Part shown: one piece after another, positions 18,392 through 27,163 of the stretch
Numbering within the stretch: position 1 is the stretch's first letter
Layout: each line of letters begins with the position of its first letter
IMG/VR virus record: IMGVR_UViG_3300028797_000143
Coordinates: 1-64,000 of that record
Length of the DNA stretch: 64,000 nt
From: a virus
Taxonomy: Duplodnaviria; Caudoviricetes
Strand: one strand, 5' to 3'
Notes under the pieces: generated by a model
Database searches by the model: none
Told to the model about the DNA's origin: nothing
The model's input: only the letters and a program-made list of their open reading frames with translations
Position numbers and translations under genes: made by a program

Positions 18392-18691
18392 ATGGAAACG
18401 AACGAACAGAAACAATTTCAGTGTACGGGCGACTGCCTGAAATGTATTGCGGTACAGCGGCAGTATTGTGCGAGCCAGCACTCTCATGATAGCGTAATGA
18501 TGCTTCGTGAGCTTAGTGAGGCTGTAAAGGCTTTGTCCTCCACGGTGGAGGACTTGAAGGCCAAGATAGAGGCTATACAGGACAATGAAGCCTTGGTGTT
18601 CGACCCGAAGGAAGATGCAGACAACCCATCGGGGAAACCGAAGGGTACACTCATAAAGAAAGCACAGGAAGGGGACGGTGCAGAAGAATAG
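18392..18691 (+). CDS. Hypothetical: CxxxCxxC...C cluster plus coiled coil
   Basis: CTGDCLKC..QYC followed by heptad region. Confidence 0.7.
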   Translation: METNEQKQFQCTGDCLKCIAVQRQYCASQHSHDSVMMLRELSEAVKALSSTVEDLKAKIEAIQDNEALVFDPKEDADNPSGKPKGTLIKKAQEGDGAEE

Positions 18692-18730
18692 ACTCCCCAA
18701 AATAATCAACACACAAAACACAAAAAGATT

Positions 18731-19189
18731 ATGGATTGTAACAACAATGGAAAGACCTCCGTGGTATCGGTCACTACATACCCCGGAGGCACAGCGGCAG
18801 ATGCGAACTATCTGCTCCAACTCGACCACTACACATGTGGCAATCGCAAACTCTGTACGCAGGAGATGTTCCCCGTCACAGCAGACTTGAAGGCAACGCC
18901 AATCGGCAGCCCGGTCTCCATGCCTGTAAATGGAACGCCTCAGTATTGTCAGGAAGTTCTCATCAGCGGTACTTGCACGTACATGCCTTATCAGTGTGGC
19001 TGTCAGTGCAACCCATGTCCTCGCACCGAAAATATCTATTGCACCGTATGCCTGCCTTGCTCGTCTAATGTCACACCGACATTGACCGTAGGCACACCTG
19101 CCGCAGCACCAACAGGCGCGCGGCCATGTAGCAATGTGACCAACTGTGTTGCCATCACGACCGTCATCAACGTGGCTACAGGCGCATAA
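18731..19189 (+). CDS. Cys-rich beta-type protein (14 Cys in 152 aa)
   Basis: Counted in translation; CGCQCNPC core. Confidence 0.75.
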   Translation: MDCNNNGKTSVVSVTTYPGGTAADANYLLQLDHYTCGNRKLCTQEMFPVTADLKATPIGSPVSMPVNGTPQYCQEVLISGTCTYMPYQCGCQCNPCPRTENIYCTVCLPCSSNVTPTLTVGTPAAAPTGARPCSNVTNCVAITTVINVATGA

Positions 19190-19566
19190 TGGAGTGGTTG
19201 GATATTGCGAGCATCGTGTTTGTCTGCGTGACGATGAATCACCTTGGGCTGATAGGAGCAATAGAGGGTGTGATTAGACATCGGATTCCGATTGTCAACT
19301 GCCCTAAATGTTTGTCGTTCTGGACTACGATGGTTTATGGTTGCTATGGCATAGCAAGAAACGGAACGCAGGTGATGTCGGTGCTTGCAATATCCTTCCT
19401 CGCCAGCTATGCGGCTATATGGCTGGAGCTGGCAGAGGGATTCATTGACACTTTATACATGAAGCTGTATGGGAAGATTTACACAACCTCAACCGACACG
19501 TCTGCCTCAGATGCCGAAGGTGGTGATTCCGACGGCACCGTGTCCGACGTGCGACAAAACTGCTAA
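19189..19566 (+). CDS. Membrane protein with CPKC motif (DUF1360-like)
   Basis: Three hydrophobic segments, NCPKCLSFW. Confidence 0.6.
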   Translation: MEWLDIASIVFVCVTMNHLGLIGAIEGVIRHRIPIVNCPKCLSFWTTMVYGCYGIARNGTQVMSVLAISFLASYAAIWLELAEGFIDTLYMKLYGKIYTTSTDTSASDAEGGDSDGTVSDVRQNC

Positions 19567-19594
19567 GAATTCTGTCAGGCGTGGCAGAAAATAG
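19469..19594 (+). CDS. Overlapping 41-aa ORF with CPTC motif
   Basis: MGRFTQPQPTRLPQMPKVVIPTAPCPTCDKTAKNSVRRGRK in an alternative frame. Confidence 0.4.
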   Translation: MGRFTQPQPTRLPQMPKVVIPTAPCPTCDKTAKNSVRRGRK

Positions 19595-19686
19595 CAATGG
19601 AGTTTTATCAGCGTTTCATAAGCGGTTGATTACCAACTGCTAAAATGCTGATAGAAAATTGATAGAAAAAGTTAATATTTATCAAT

Positions 19687-20169
19687 ATGAGCACAGAAGA
19701 AATGAAACAGGAGTTTCGCGAGCTATACGATATGATGGCTCAGTCGAACAATGTGGCCTTCATGCGCATCTTCGGTCAGGTACACAAGGAGATGATGGAT
19801 TGGTTCATCGCCAACAAGCCTACCGAGGCGCAGATGTGGCTGGAGAAGCTGGAGGCTATCAGGTGGAAGAACTACCTGACACCCAAGGAGGCCGACATGA
19901 TTGTGGATGCTATGGAGCCTGCCGCTCCGTGGAGCCGCGACAAGTGGAAGGCTGCGATGGCCGAGCATAACCTGGAGCTGGAGAAAGAGCCTTGCTACAA
20001 CCGATGTGCGCTGTGGGTGACGATGAACATGATAATGTCCGATTCGTCCGACACACTTGCCAAGTACATCAGCGGCGATGATCTCTTCATGGCGGTCTAT
20101 GAGCTTGCCGTTGACAAGCTAACCGACCTTGATAAGAAGTTCAACATAAGGGCTTATTTCGGGTTATGA
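19687..20169 (+). CDS. Helical hypothetical protein (Cys-rich operon)
   Basis: ORF; YN..ALWVTMNM..SD...L.D.D..FNIRAYF pattern. Confidence 0.75.
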   Translation: MSTEEMKQEFRELYDMMAQSNNVAFMRIFGQVHKEMMDWFIANKPTEAQMWLEKLEAIRWKNYLTPKEADMIVDAMEPAAPWSRDKWKAAMAEHNLELEKEPCYNRCALWVTMNMIMSDSSDTLAKYISGDDLFMAVYELAVDKLTDLDKKFNIRAYFGL

Positions 20170-20426
20170 ACTACCGCGAGCTGTTGCGACTATGTGCGTT
20201 GAAGGACATCAGTTGCCGTATGTCCGAGGATGACGTGCGTGCGTTGCGGCAGCTCGCCGAGAAACAAGATGTGATGGACTCCCTACATCGTCAGGAGGCG
20301 GTGCTTAACGACCTCTCCAAGCGTGTAGGGAGCCATCCTTTTGCGTCCGATTTGGTGGCGAATGTTGCGGGCAACGCCGTCACGGAGGGAATTGTGTGGT
20401 TAGCACGAATATTATTCAAGAGATGA
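20166..20426 (+). CDS. Hypothetical, C-terminal amphipathic helix
   Basis: ATGA-coupled to previous gene. Confidence 0.65.
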   Translation: MNYRELLRLCALKDISCRMSEDDVRALRQLAEKQDVMDSLHRQEAVLNDLSKRVGSHPFASDLVANVAGNAVTEGIVWLARILFKR

Positions 20427-20509
20427 GTAAGAGCGACCGATATGAGTTATGGTACATGCTATCAATTGTCTTTGTGATAGTTGTGGCCTTATTGTCTATG
20501 ATTCTATAA
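20423..20509 (+). CDS. 28-aa single-TM peptide
   Basis: MSKSDRYELWYMLSIVFVIVVALLSMIL; ATGA-coupled. Confidence 0.45.
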   Translation: MSKSDRYELWYMLSIVFVIVVALLSMIL

Positions 20510-20545
20510 AGTAGTATTTTTGTCTTACTTTCAAAATTTCAGCAT

Positions 20546-20592
20546 TTTTAACTATAATAATTTGTGTATATGGTAGAAAATCAGTACCTTTG
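20546..20592 (+). promoter_or_regulatory. Strong early promoter P1
   Basis: TTTTAACTA-N6-TTTG-N20-TACCTTTG. Confidence 0.85.
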
Positions 20593-20649
20593 CATATAGA
20601 AAGGAAGGGGAAAGACCCCGAAACCAAGAAACCAATTAAACAGAGAAAA

Positions 20650-20772
20650 ATGAAGCAGACAATCAAGAAACTAATGGAAAACAACTCGGAAAGGATAGGT
20701 TCCGTAGTATGTTTCATCGGCCTTATGGTCATGATGTACATGGCGTACAAAGCAATATGGATATTCTACTAA
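20650..20772 (+). CDS. Small single-TM protein, first gene after P1
   Basis: MKQTIKK...; leader has AACCAATTAAACA. Confidence 0.55.
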   Translation: MKQTIKKLMENNSERIGSVVCFIGLMVMMYMAYKAIWIFY

Positions 20773-20792
20773 CCAATTAAACAGATAGAACT

Positions 20793-21149
20793 ATGGAAAC
20801 AAAGAAAATCAAAGTTGACTTGGAAGAAGTCAAGGTCGTAAGCATCATGATAGACCTCGGTAGCCTTGAACGCTACATGGACAGGTTCCTTGCATTGAAG
20901 AATCACGAGAGACATACACGCGAGATTCTTGAAGTGCGCGGCTTCGATGGTTCAAACAGCGTGAGTGTTACGCTCATGATAGATGAGAATGAAGACGAGG
21001 CAAAAGAGGTTGAGCATTGCATGGAGTATGTCGGGCAGTTCGGCAATATAGTCGGGAATCCAGATGTGGACACAGCATTCATCTTTGATAAGGATGCTAA
21101 TGGTATTGATGGCCAACTTGATTGGAAAGAGTTGTACGTAATAAGCTAA
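20793..21149 (+). CDS. Acidic hypothetical protein
   Basis: ORF with conserved leader motif. Confidence 0.7.
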   Translation: METKKIKVDLEEVKVVSIMIDLGSLERYMDRFLALKNHERHTREILEVRGFDGSNSVSVTLMIDENEDEAKEVEHCMEYVGQFGNIVGNPDVDTAFIFDKDANGIDGQLDWKELYVIS

Positions 21150-21153
21150 GGCG

Positions 21154-21327
21154 ATGATGAAAGGTGGTTATACAATGCAAGTCGACATCGAGTTCGAGTT
21201 CGACGAAAGCAAACTAACAGCGTTAGATGTAATGGATCTGTTTGACTACCATGCAAAAGTTAAGGTCAAGCTAAATGACCAAAGAGTGAATATCTTAAAT
21301 GCTCACCTAAAACAAGTAGAACAATAA
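21154..21327 (+). CDS. Small hypothetical protein
   Basis: Hand-translated 57-aa ORF filling the gap. Confidence 0.45.
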   Translation: MMKGGYTMQVDIEFEFDESKLTALDVMDLFDYHAKVKVKLNDQRVNILNAHLKQVEQ

Positions 21328-21329
21328 CT

Positions 21330-21569
21330 ATGGAAAAGAGAAATTGGAAGGCTTTGGCCAGAGAGTTCAGAGAGATGGTAAAGAACACCACCGATGCTAC
21401 AAAGGTTATCGTAAAGGTGGGAGATAATGACATCGCTATATACCCCGCCAAGACGAATCACACGAAAGCATTCTATTGCACGGAAGAGCTGATAGACTTC
21501 TGTAGATGCAAGAGATTGTCAAACCATGTGACAGTAATAGACGGAGTTTGTGTAGCAAAAATCTATTGA
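21330..21569 (+). CDS. Hypothetical protein
   Basis: Operon-spaced ORF. Confidence 0.6.
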   Translation: MEKRNWKALAREFREMVKNTTDATKVIVKVGDNDIAIYPAKTNHTKAFYCTEELIDFCRCKRLSNHVTVIDGVCVAKIY

Positions 21570-21572
21570 GTT

Positions 21573-21803
21573 ATGAATGCATTCAGCTTTGACAACAGAG
21601 GACGTGCCTACGTCTCAGAACAGGAGTTTATGGACTACCTTTCCAAGTCTGCCTACCATGATGACTATACGCAAGAGAGTCGTGAAGAGTGTCAGGTGAA
21701 TGACAAGGATTGGAAGATGTGTGAGTGCCTGCTGTATTTCAATGGCGGCGGGTGTCTGCTCGCAAGATACAACCGAGACTTCAGCTATGGAGAGTTATTC
21801 TAA
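21573..21803 (+). CDS. Hypothetical protein
   Basis: Operon-spaced ORF. Confidence 0.6.
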   Translation: MNAFSFDNRGRAYVSEQEFMDYLSKSAYHDDYTQESREECQVNDKDWKMCECLLYFNGGGCLLARYNRDFSYGELF

Positions 21804-21815
21804 ATCTAAAAGACT

Positions 21816-22166
21816 ATGTTTCTAAGATTTTCAAAAGGAAGCTATCGCCAAGGGAGTAATTATTTGAGCACCATTCGGAAGTGTGTGTTCCTCGGTAACA
21901 CCTTGGTCATGGAGTACGGGAATAAAATAGTAGGCGCCGCATGGTTGCATGAAGAGACGGATAAGACACTTGATTTTGATGTTGTAGTAGCCTCGAAATG
22001 CGAGCTTGGAGCAACCCGTATTGCCCGATACATAAAGAACATGATAGGGAAGTCTAACAAGTTCACAGAAAGCCCAACCTCTAAGAAGCGTAAATATTAC
22101 GTCGAAGAGTGTGAAAGTGACAAGCTACCTATAAATGCTAAATTAGTTCTTTCATTAACCAATTAA
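21816..22166 (+). CDS. Hypothetical protein
   Basis: Operon-spaced ORF. Confidence 0.6.
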   Translation: MFLRFSKGSYRQGSNYLSTIRKCVFLGNTLVMEYGNKIVGAAWLHEETDKTLDFDVVVASKCELGATRIARYIKNMIGKSNKFTESPTSKKRKYYVEECESDKLPINAKLVLSLTN

Positions 22167-22177
22167 ACAAAGAGATT

Positions 22178-22462
22178 ATGAATGTATATCTGCTTATCCA
22201 CGCGATTAACGAGGCCTACAAGTCCTATACATACTATGAAGTAGAGATCTGTTACTCCAATAAGGAGGACGCCTTGGCAGACCTCGAAAAGAAAGTCAAG
22301 TCTATTGAAAACGGGACATCAACAAACTTCCCTGGCGAGTCCATCAAGGGAGAAGAGAATAATGTGCCCTTCGCTCTTAAGTACTACACCTTTGAGTGGA
22401 CTAACGAGGGAGGTGAAAAGATGTTTACGCACTACTATGTGATGGAAATGAAATTAAAGTAA
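22178..22462 (+). CDS. Hypothetical protein
   Basis: Leader motif at 22157. Confidence 0.6.
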   Translation: MNVYLLIHAINEAYKSYTYYEVEICYSNKEDALADLEKKVKSIENGTSTNFPGESIKGEENNVPFALKYYTFEWTNEGGEKMFTHYYVMEMKLK

Positions 22463-22495
22463 CCCATATTATTAACCAATTAAATCAGTAAAGTT

Positions 22496-23476
22496 ATGTT
22501 TGGAAGTATTTCATTTGGCGCTATGCCAAGAATGGCAGCTCCCGCGGTTGCGGAGGCCGTGCCAGAGGTAAACAACGAGAACCAGTTCTTCGATTTTGAG
22601 AAGGAGAAAGTTCAAATCCTGACGCTCGATCAGTTGAAGCGTACCAACATGGAGAACAGGGGTGACGACCGCTCATGTCCTCACGGCATCTACCATCACG
22701 CCCTCATCCAGAAGATTTTGGATATGGCCGAAGAGAACGGCTATGATGCCGAGGTGTATGATTTGTTCGCCACGAACAACAGAGACAAGCAGACGCCGGG
22801 CGTGTCCCTCTATCCCGAGTTGGAACAGCGATATGGCGAGCGTGCCATCGAAGCTCACACCCTCCGAAGAGTGTATGCCAATATCCGCTTGAAGAACTTC
22901 GACACGGAGGAGATGACAACGTGCATGGCTCTCTCCTACACGCAGAAGGGCATCCAAGTCGGCTTTGGCCGTAATGTTAAGGTGTGCCACAATTTGAACA
23001 TTTTAGGCACGGGTCAGTTCGTGACAGACTATTCCATCGGTGCCTTCCACTATGCCAATGGTGACATCTTCAAGACCGACTTGCAAGGTATCTTCAACAA
23101 AATCGGCACATGGCTGAAGACGGCAGAGACCATCATGAAGATGGATGATGAGGTTATCGACAGGATGAAGATGTCCGTCCTCACGGCAGAGCAGCTGTAC
23201 ACCATCCTCGGTATGCTCATGACCATCCGCGTGACGCATGACACGGAGATCAAGTCCATCAAGAGCAATACGGGGACGTACCCCTTGAATCAGGCTCAGA
23301 TTACCAAGTTTACCGAGGGCCTTCTCCTGAAGCAGCAGGAGGCAGGACGCATCACGGCGTGGGATATGTACAACTGCGCTACGGAGCTGTATAAGCCCCA
23401 TATCGTAGACCAGAACCTTATCATCCCGCAGTCCCTTTCTATGAAGACCTTCATGGAGGTGAATCAGCTGTATTAA
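22496..23476 (+). CDS. DUF932-like protein
   Basis: Resembles Bacteroidales mobile-element DUF932 proteins (QVGFG.NV.VC.N; W..YN.ATE..K). Confidence 0.65.
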   Translation: MFGSISFGAMPRMAAPAVAEAVPEVNNENQFFDFEKEKVQILTLDQLKRTNMENRGDDRSCPHGIYHHALIQKILDMAEENGYDAEVYDLFATNNRDKQTPGVSLYPELEQRYGERAIEAHTLRRVYANIRLKNFDTEEMTTCMALSYTQKGIQVGFGRNVKVCHNLNILGTGQFVTDYSIGAFHYANGDIFKTDLQGIFNKIGTWLKTAETIMKMDDEVIDRMKMSVLTAEQLYTILGMLMTIRVTHDTEIKSIKSNTGTYPLNQAQITKFTEGLLLKQQEAGRITAWDMYNCATELYKPHIVDQNLIIPQSLSMKTFMEVNQLY

Positions 23477-23483
23477 CCAACAG

Positions 23484-23507
23484 AGGAGGTGGTTTCGGCC
23501 ACCTCCT
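23484..23507 (+). terminator. Stem-loop after DUF932 gene
   Basis: aggaggtgg-tttcgg-ccacctcct. Confidence 0.6.
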
Positions 23508-23667
23508 ATATATAATAAGGTATATGGAAAATATAGTAGTCTATAAGTACCTCGGTAAAGAGGAACAGCGGAAGCAATTCCCTGACGCTATCAGTGCCTT
23601 TCGCTTTCAGGCGGGGCTTGTAAAGAGTAAGAAGAATCTTGAATATGCAACAGTAAAATAGAATATT

Positions 23668-24183
23668 ATGAGTATCATTATTAAAGGAAAGCCCATGAGC
23701 GAGTACATCAAGGAACAGATGGAAAAGGGCGAAGTATTGGAAAATGTCTATGGAGTACGGGAAGAAGGCCATACTCGTAGTGTCTACCATGGCTCACAGA
23801 TAATCGGTGGTGGGAATATGGTGTTGACCAACAATGCCAGAGTGACCATTTCCAGAGGTGGTAAGAAGTACACCATTAAAGGTAACCGCATCGAGAAAAG
23901 GAATGGTCAGTGGTACGTCGATGGTAAGGCCGTCGATTGGGACAATATCGGAGGTAGGTATGAGGAGGAGTTTACGACCGTGGAGATACATGGTAATGTA
24001 GAGCAGCTTCATACTCAGTCGGGTGATGTCAAGGTTATCGGTGATGTGCAGAACCTCTGTACTACAAGTGGTGATGTAGAGTGTCAGTCGGCATATAATG
24101 TCCACACCACGAGTGGCGATGTAACCTGTAACCAGATAGGCGGTAGTGTTAGTACAATCAGTGGTGATATAAACAGGAAATAG
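23668..24183 (+). CDS. Protein with C-terminal TxSGD(V) beta-helix repeats (DUF4097-like)
   Basis: TQSGDV, TTSGDV x2, TISGDI. Confidence 0.6.
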   Translation: MSIIIKGKPMSEYIKEQMEKGEVLENVYGVREEGHTRSVYHGSQIIGGGNMVLTNNARVTISRGGKKYTIKGNRIEKRNGQWYVDGKAVDWDNIGGRYEEEFTTVEIHGNVEQLHTQSGDVKVIGDVQNLCTTSGDVECQSAYNVHTTSGDVTCNQIGGSVSTISGDINRK

Positions 24184-24186
24184 TGT

Positions 24187-24630
24187 ATGAATAATATCTA
24201 TCATATTCATAAGTCGAGTAATTCGTATTGGAATAACGAATGGTATGATACCGACTTCTATCTCTGTGAGACTGAGGAAGAGTATCAGCAGTTGATGGCT
24301 GAATACAAGACCAAGCGGCAGAAGATAGAGGATGAGTACAATGACGCAAAGGCCAAGGGTGTCGATTTCGGCAGATTGGGGATTTGCGGAGAGCTGTTCA
24401 ATATAAGATGGAGGTATAATAATTTCCGTTTTACACCTGAGCAGAAGGTATATGCCCGTGAATATTACTATGGACATGAGTGGCAGGGCAAGACGTTTGA
24501 TGCTATCGGATTCTGTTGGTTCGAGCGTCTGGAGCGTTCTACGCACACTATGTATTTCTTGAAGCCCGGCAGTGTTGGCACTATCACGCCGTGCACAGAT
24601 CCCGGCATTGGTTGGATGTATGGAAGTTAA
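24187..24630 (+). CDS. Hypothetical protein
   Basis: Operon-spaced ORF. Confidence 0.65.
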   Translation: MNNIYHIHKSSNSYWNNEWYDTDFYLCETEEEYQQLMAEYKTKRQKIEDEYNDAKAKGVDFGRLGICGELFNIRWRYNNFRFTPEQKVYAREYYYGHEWQGKTFDAIGFCWFERLERSTHTMYFLKPGSVGTITPCTDPGIGWMYGS

Positions 24631-24638
24631 TATTGACT

Positions 24639-24800
24639 ATGAGAAAGTATCACTATGAATGGTTCGTCTATACTGACAACCTGAATTATGGACGGCAGTA
24701 TCTTGGCCAGTCGGAAAGCAAGGCGTATGCCAATAGGATTGGTCAGTGGGCTAATAGAGGGTGTTTCGTCTTGGAGAAGCACCGAGTGTATGACAAATAA
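24639..24800 (+). CDS. Small hypothetical protein
   Basis: Start moved to MRKYHYEW. Confidence 0.5.
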   Translation: MRKYHYEWFVYTDNLNYGRQYLGQSESKAYANRIGQWANRGCFVLEKHRVYDK

Positions 24801-24810
24801 AACATAGATT

Positions 24811-25002
24811 ATGAAAGAACGAAAATGGAACAAGTCAGGTTCAAGGATGCTGATAGAAAGCGGCTGGAAGAAGTTTGATGAACAGACGGACGTAATCTCT
24901 ACGGGTAACGTAACGTCTATGCCCATACTCAGTATAGCGGCTTTATCAGACCTTGGAACCTCACGGAGTGTAACGGCTTCAAGTTTGAAGAGGGGCATTT
25001 GA
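24811..25002 (+). CDS. Small hypothetical protein
   Basis: Operon-spaced ORF. Confidence 0.45.
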   Translation: MKERKWNKSGSRMLIESGWKKFDEQTDVISTGNVTSMPILSIAALSDLGTSRSVTASSLKRGI

Positions 25003-25265
25003 TGGAAGCTGATATAAAGCCATTCAAGAACCATCGCATCCCGAAGGACATAGAAGAGTATCTTACCGACAAGAACAGAAAGGATATGGTTATCCTCTAT
25101 ATGTTCTTTGTAAGGAATGACTTTGGTCGTGTTGAACCATTCTGTTACGTGGTGACTGACTACAACCACAAACTGATTATGTATAGGGTTCTGTCACGCG
25201 GTAATCAGAACTATGCGAAGCGGAAAAGAGCAGCAGAAGAGGCTATTAGTTACATCACTGATTGA
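24999..25265 (+). CDS. Hypothetical protein
   Basis: Coupled to previous gene. Confidence 0.55.
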   Translation: MMEADIKPFKNHRIPKDIEEYLTDKNRKDMVILYMFFVRNDFGRVEPFCYVVTDYNHKLIMYRVLSRGNQNYAKRKRAAEEAISYITD

Positions 25266-25412
25266 CACTGAATATGATAGTGAATGGCTATGATATCGTC
25301 TATAGTAGGACGTACATGAAGTTTCAGGTATGGGATTGTGACTTATGCTTGGAAGAGTTTGAGAATATAGAAGATGCAATTAAATTTGCAAATGATAATT
25401 AAATTTACGATT

Positions 25413-25955
25413 ATGAAGATAGTAATAATGAACGTCGGTGATGCCAGAATCGACATCGTTGATGCACCTGACCACCTGATAGGTGATGAGGATATTGAGA
25501 AGTGGCTTTCGGAGAAGGATTTCTATTATCCTGGGATTAGCTCTTGGATGGCTGTCTCCGCGGATTATGTCCCCGTGAGGTTTATCACCTACAATGAGGA
25601 AGGAGAAACTGCTGTCAGCCATTCGAGGATAAACACAGTCCAAGAGATCGTGTATAATGTTAAAGGCAGAGAGAAGCAGGAGCTTATCGATGCGCTTCAG
25701 AAGTATGGCGAGAAAGAGGATGGAGGGTATGAGTACCATTTCCATGGAACAATGCCTTGTATCGCTGCTTATGACTATGACGAGCCTGCAGATGTTGTCG
25801 TGTATGCTGTAAGAGTGAAAGATAATTGGCTATCCCTCATCGTCCGTGGCAAGGAGGAGTACGACGAGGAGCACCAGATTGATGCCGGCGAGGTCTTTGC
25901 CGGGCATTTGGATTTCGTAACAAGTGAAATAATCAACAACCATGGAAAGAAATGA
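25413..25955 (+). CDS. Acidic hypothetical protein
   Basis: Start moved to MKIVIMN. Confidence 0.65.
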   Translation: MKIVIMNVGDARIDIVDAPDHLIGDEDIEKWLSEKDFYYPGISSWMAVSADYVPVRFITYNEEGETAVSHSRINTVQEIVYNVKGREKQELIDALQKYGEKEDGGYEYHFHGTMPCIAAYDYDEPADVVVYAVRVKDNWLSLIVRGKEEYDEEHQIDAGEVFAGHLDFVTSEIINNHGKK

Positions 25956-26193
25956 ATTGATAACCTTGGTTCATACTATCATGCATGAATCCGAAGGGCG
26001 CATGAAAGCTAACTTGGAGAAAGTCCTTGACAGCGGTGCCGTGGATTTGAGTTCTGGTGATAAGAGACCCTATGTCTTGGCTGAGACGGTCTTCTGCGCG
26101 CTGCTGAAAGAGGAACAGTCCCATTATAGGCCTATGTATGGCAGGAGTAAGCAAATCTCAAATGACATCGATAACATATACTACATGATATGA
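25942..26193 (+). CDS. Hypothetical protein
   Basis: Overlap-coupled ORF. Confidence 0.55.
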   Translation: MERNELITLVHTIMHESEGRMKANLEKVLDSGAVDLSSGDKRPYVLAETVFCALLKEEQSHYRPMYGRSKQISNDIDNIYYMI

Positions 26194-26441
26194 CAGAAAG
26201 AGAAATAGCAGAAAATATCTGCCGTGCAATGGCACGAAACCTCGTGGATGAGAACGGAGGCTTTTCCATGGGAGGTACGACTCTCGCCGAGAAGTATTCG
26301 GAAAGACAATTCAAGGCAGGGTATGATATACAGATGATAGCCAAGCATGCAAATGCCCTCCGTCATTGGGTTGTGGCAGCAGGCTATGACTTGGATAACT
26401 CCTTTAGGGTAGTATTAAGTAATAATATATTGAACAAATGA
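26190..26441 (+). CDS. Hypothetical protein
   Basis: ATGA-coupled. Confidence 0.55.
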   Translation: MTEREIAENICRAMARNLVDENGGFSMGGTTLAEKYSERQFKAGYDIQMIAKHANALRHWVVAAGYDLDNSFRVVLSNNILNK

Positions 26442-26824
26442 AAAAGACACTACATGTGCGTTTCGTCCATGAGATGGGTGAGATGCTGAAAGACTTCAAA
26501 ACTTTAAATGAAGACCTCGGCGCTTTCATGAGAGGAGAAATAGGTCCTACACAGAAAGCGTACATCGAGAAGATCAATTCCAATTGGAACGGGTATAACT
26601 TCATCGTGCAATTCGGTCATGTCTTTAGACTGACTGACAAGGTTCGCTATAAGGACAATGGAGCGATGTATACCCCTTGCGAGAACTGCGAGCTGAGTGG
26701 ATATTGTTCCAAGGACATAGGTAGGCTATGTGATTTGCTCCAAGCAGGAGGTAACGAATGGTTTGAGGATGCAGGTGAGCTTATCCTTGATAAGAAAGGA
26801 AAGATGAAAGTAGAACCTTGGTAA
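26438..26824 (+). CDS. Hypothetical protein with CxxC...C motif
   Basis: PCENCELSGYC; ATGA-coupled. Confidence 0.55.
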   Translation: MKKTLHVRFVHEMGEMLKDFKTLNEDLGAFMRGEIGPTQKAYIEKINSNWNGYNFIVQFGHVFRLTDKVRYKDNGAMYTPCENCELSGYCSKDIGRLCDLLQAGGNEWFEDAGELILDKKGKMKVEPW

Positions 26825-26835
26825 AAATAGAGATT

Positions 26836-27000
26836 ATGGCAAAGTATGTTTGTAGCGTCTGTGGCTCCGAGGATATCGAAGTCAAGGCATGGGTCCGTCC
26901 TAACAAGGATGATGAGGTGGTAGAATGGTGTGAAGATGAGATTCCAGAATGCTGGTGTAACGACTGTCAGGAAAGAACCACATTCAAGAAAGTAGGGTAA
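26836..27000 (+). CDS. Small zinc-ribbon protein
   Basis: CSVC...CNDC. Confidence 0.6.
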   Translation: MAKYVCSVCGSEDIEVKAWVRPNKDDEVVEWCEDEIPECWCNDCQERTTFKKVG

Positions 27001-27081
27001 AATCTCTCACTTCTAAAACACCTCTTTTCGGTTGTAATTTTGGACATCGGTTGCGTAAATCGGTTGCACGATGTTGCACAG

Positions 27082-27108
27082 AAAAAGGAGTTACGTTTGT
27101 AACTCCTT
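27082..27108 (-). terminator. Intrinsic terminator behind the att tRNA fragment
   Basis: aaggagttac-gttt-gtaactcctt with U tract on minus strand. Confidence 0.8.
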
Positions 27109-27119
27109 GATTTCCAGTG

Positions 27120-27163
27120 TAGCGGGAATCGGGATTGAACCGATGACCTCATGATTATGAATC
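27120..27163 (-). mobile_element. attP core: 3' half of a CAT-anticodon (Met-type) tRNA
   Basis: GATTCATAATCATGAGGTCATCGGTTCAATCCCGATTCCCGCTA (anticodon loop, T arm, acceptor 3' strand) with no 5' half, next to integrase. Confidence 0.85.

Noticed and set aside
17132-19261. Long minus-strand ORFs (214 aa and 325 aa)
   Set aside because: Shadows of the tightly coupled plus-strand operon; no leader, promoter or recognisable motifs
27120-27163. Functional tRNA gene
   Set aside because: D arm and 5' acceptor strand are missing; interpreted as att core
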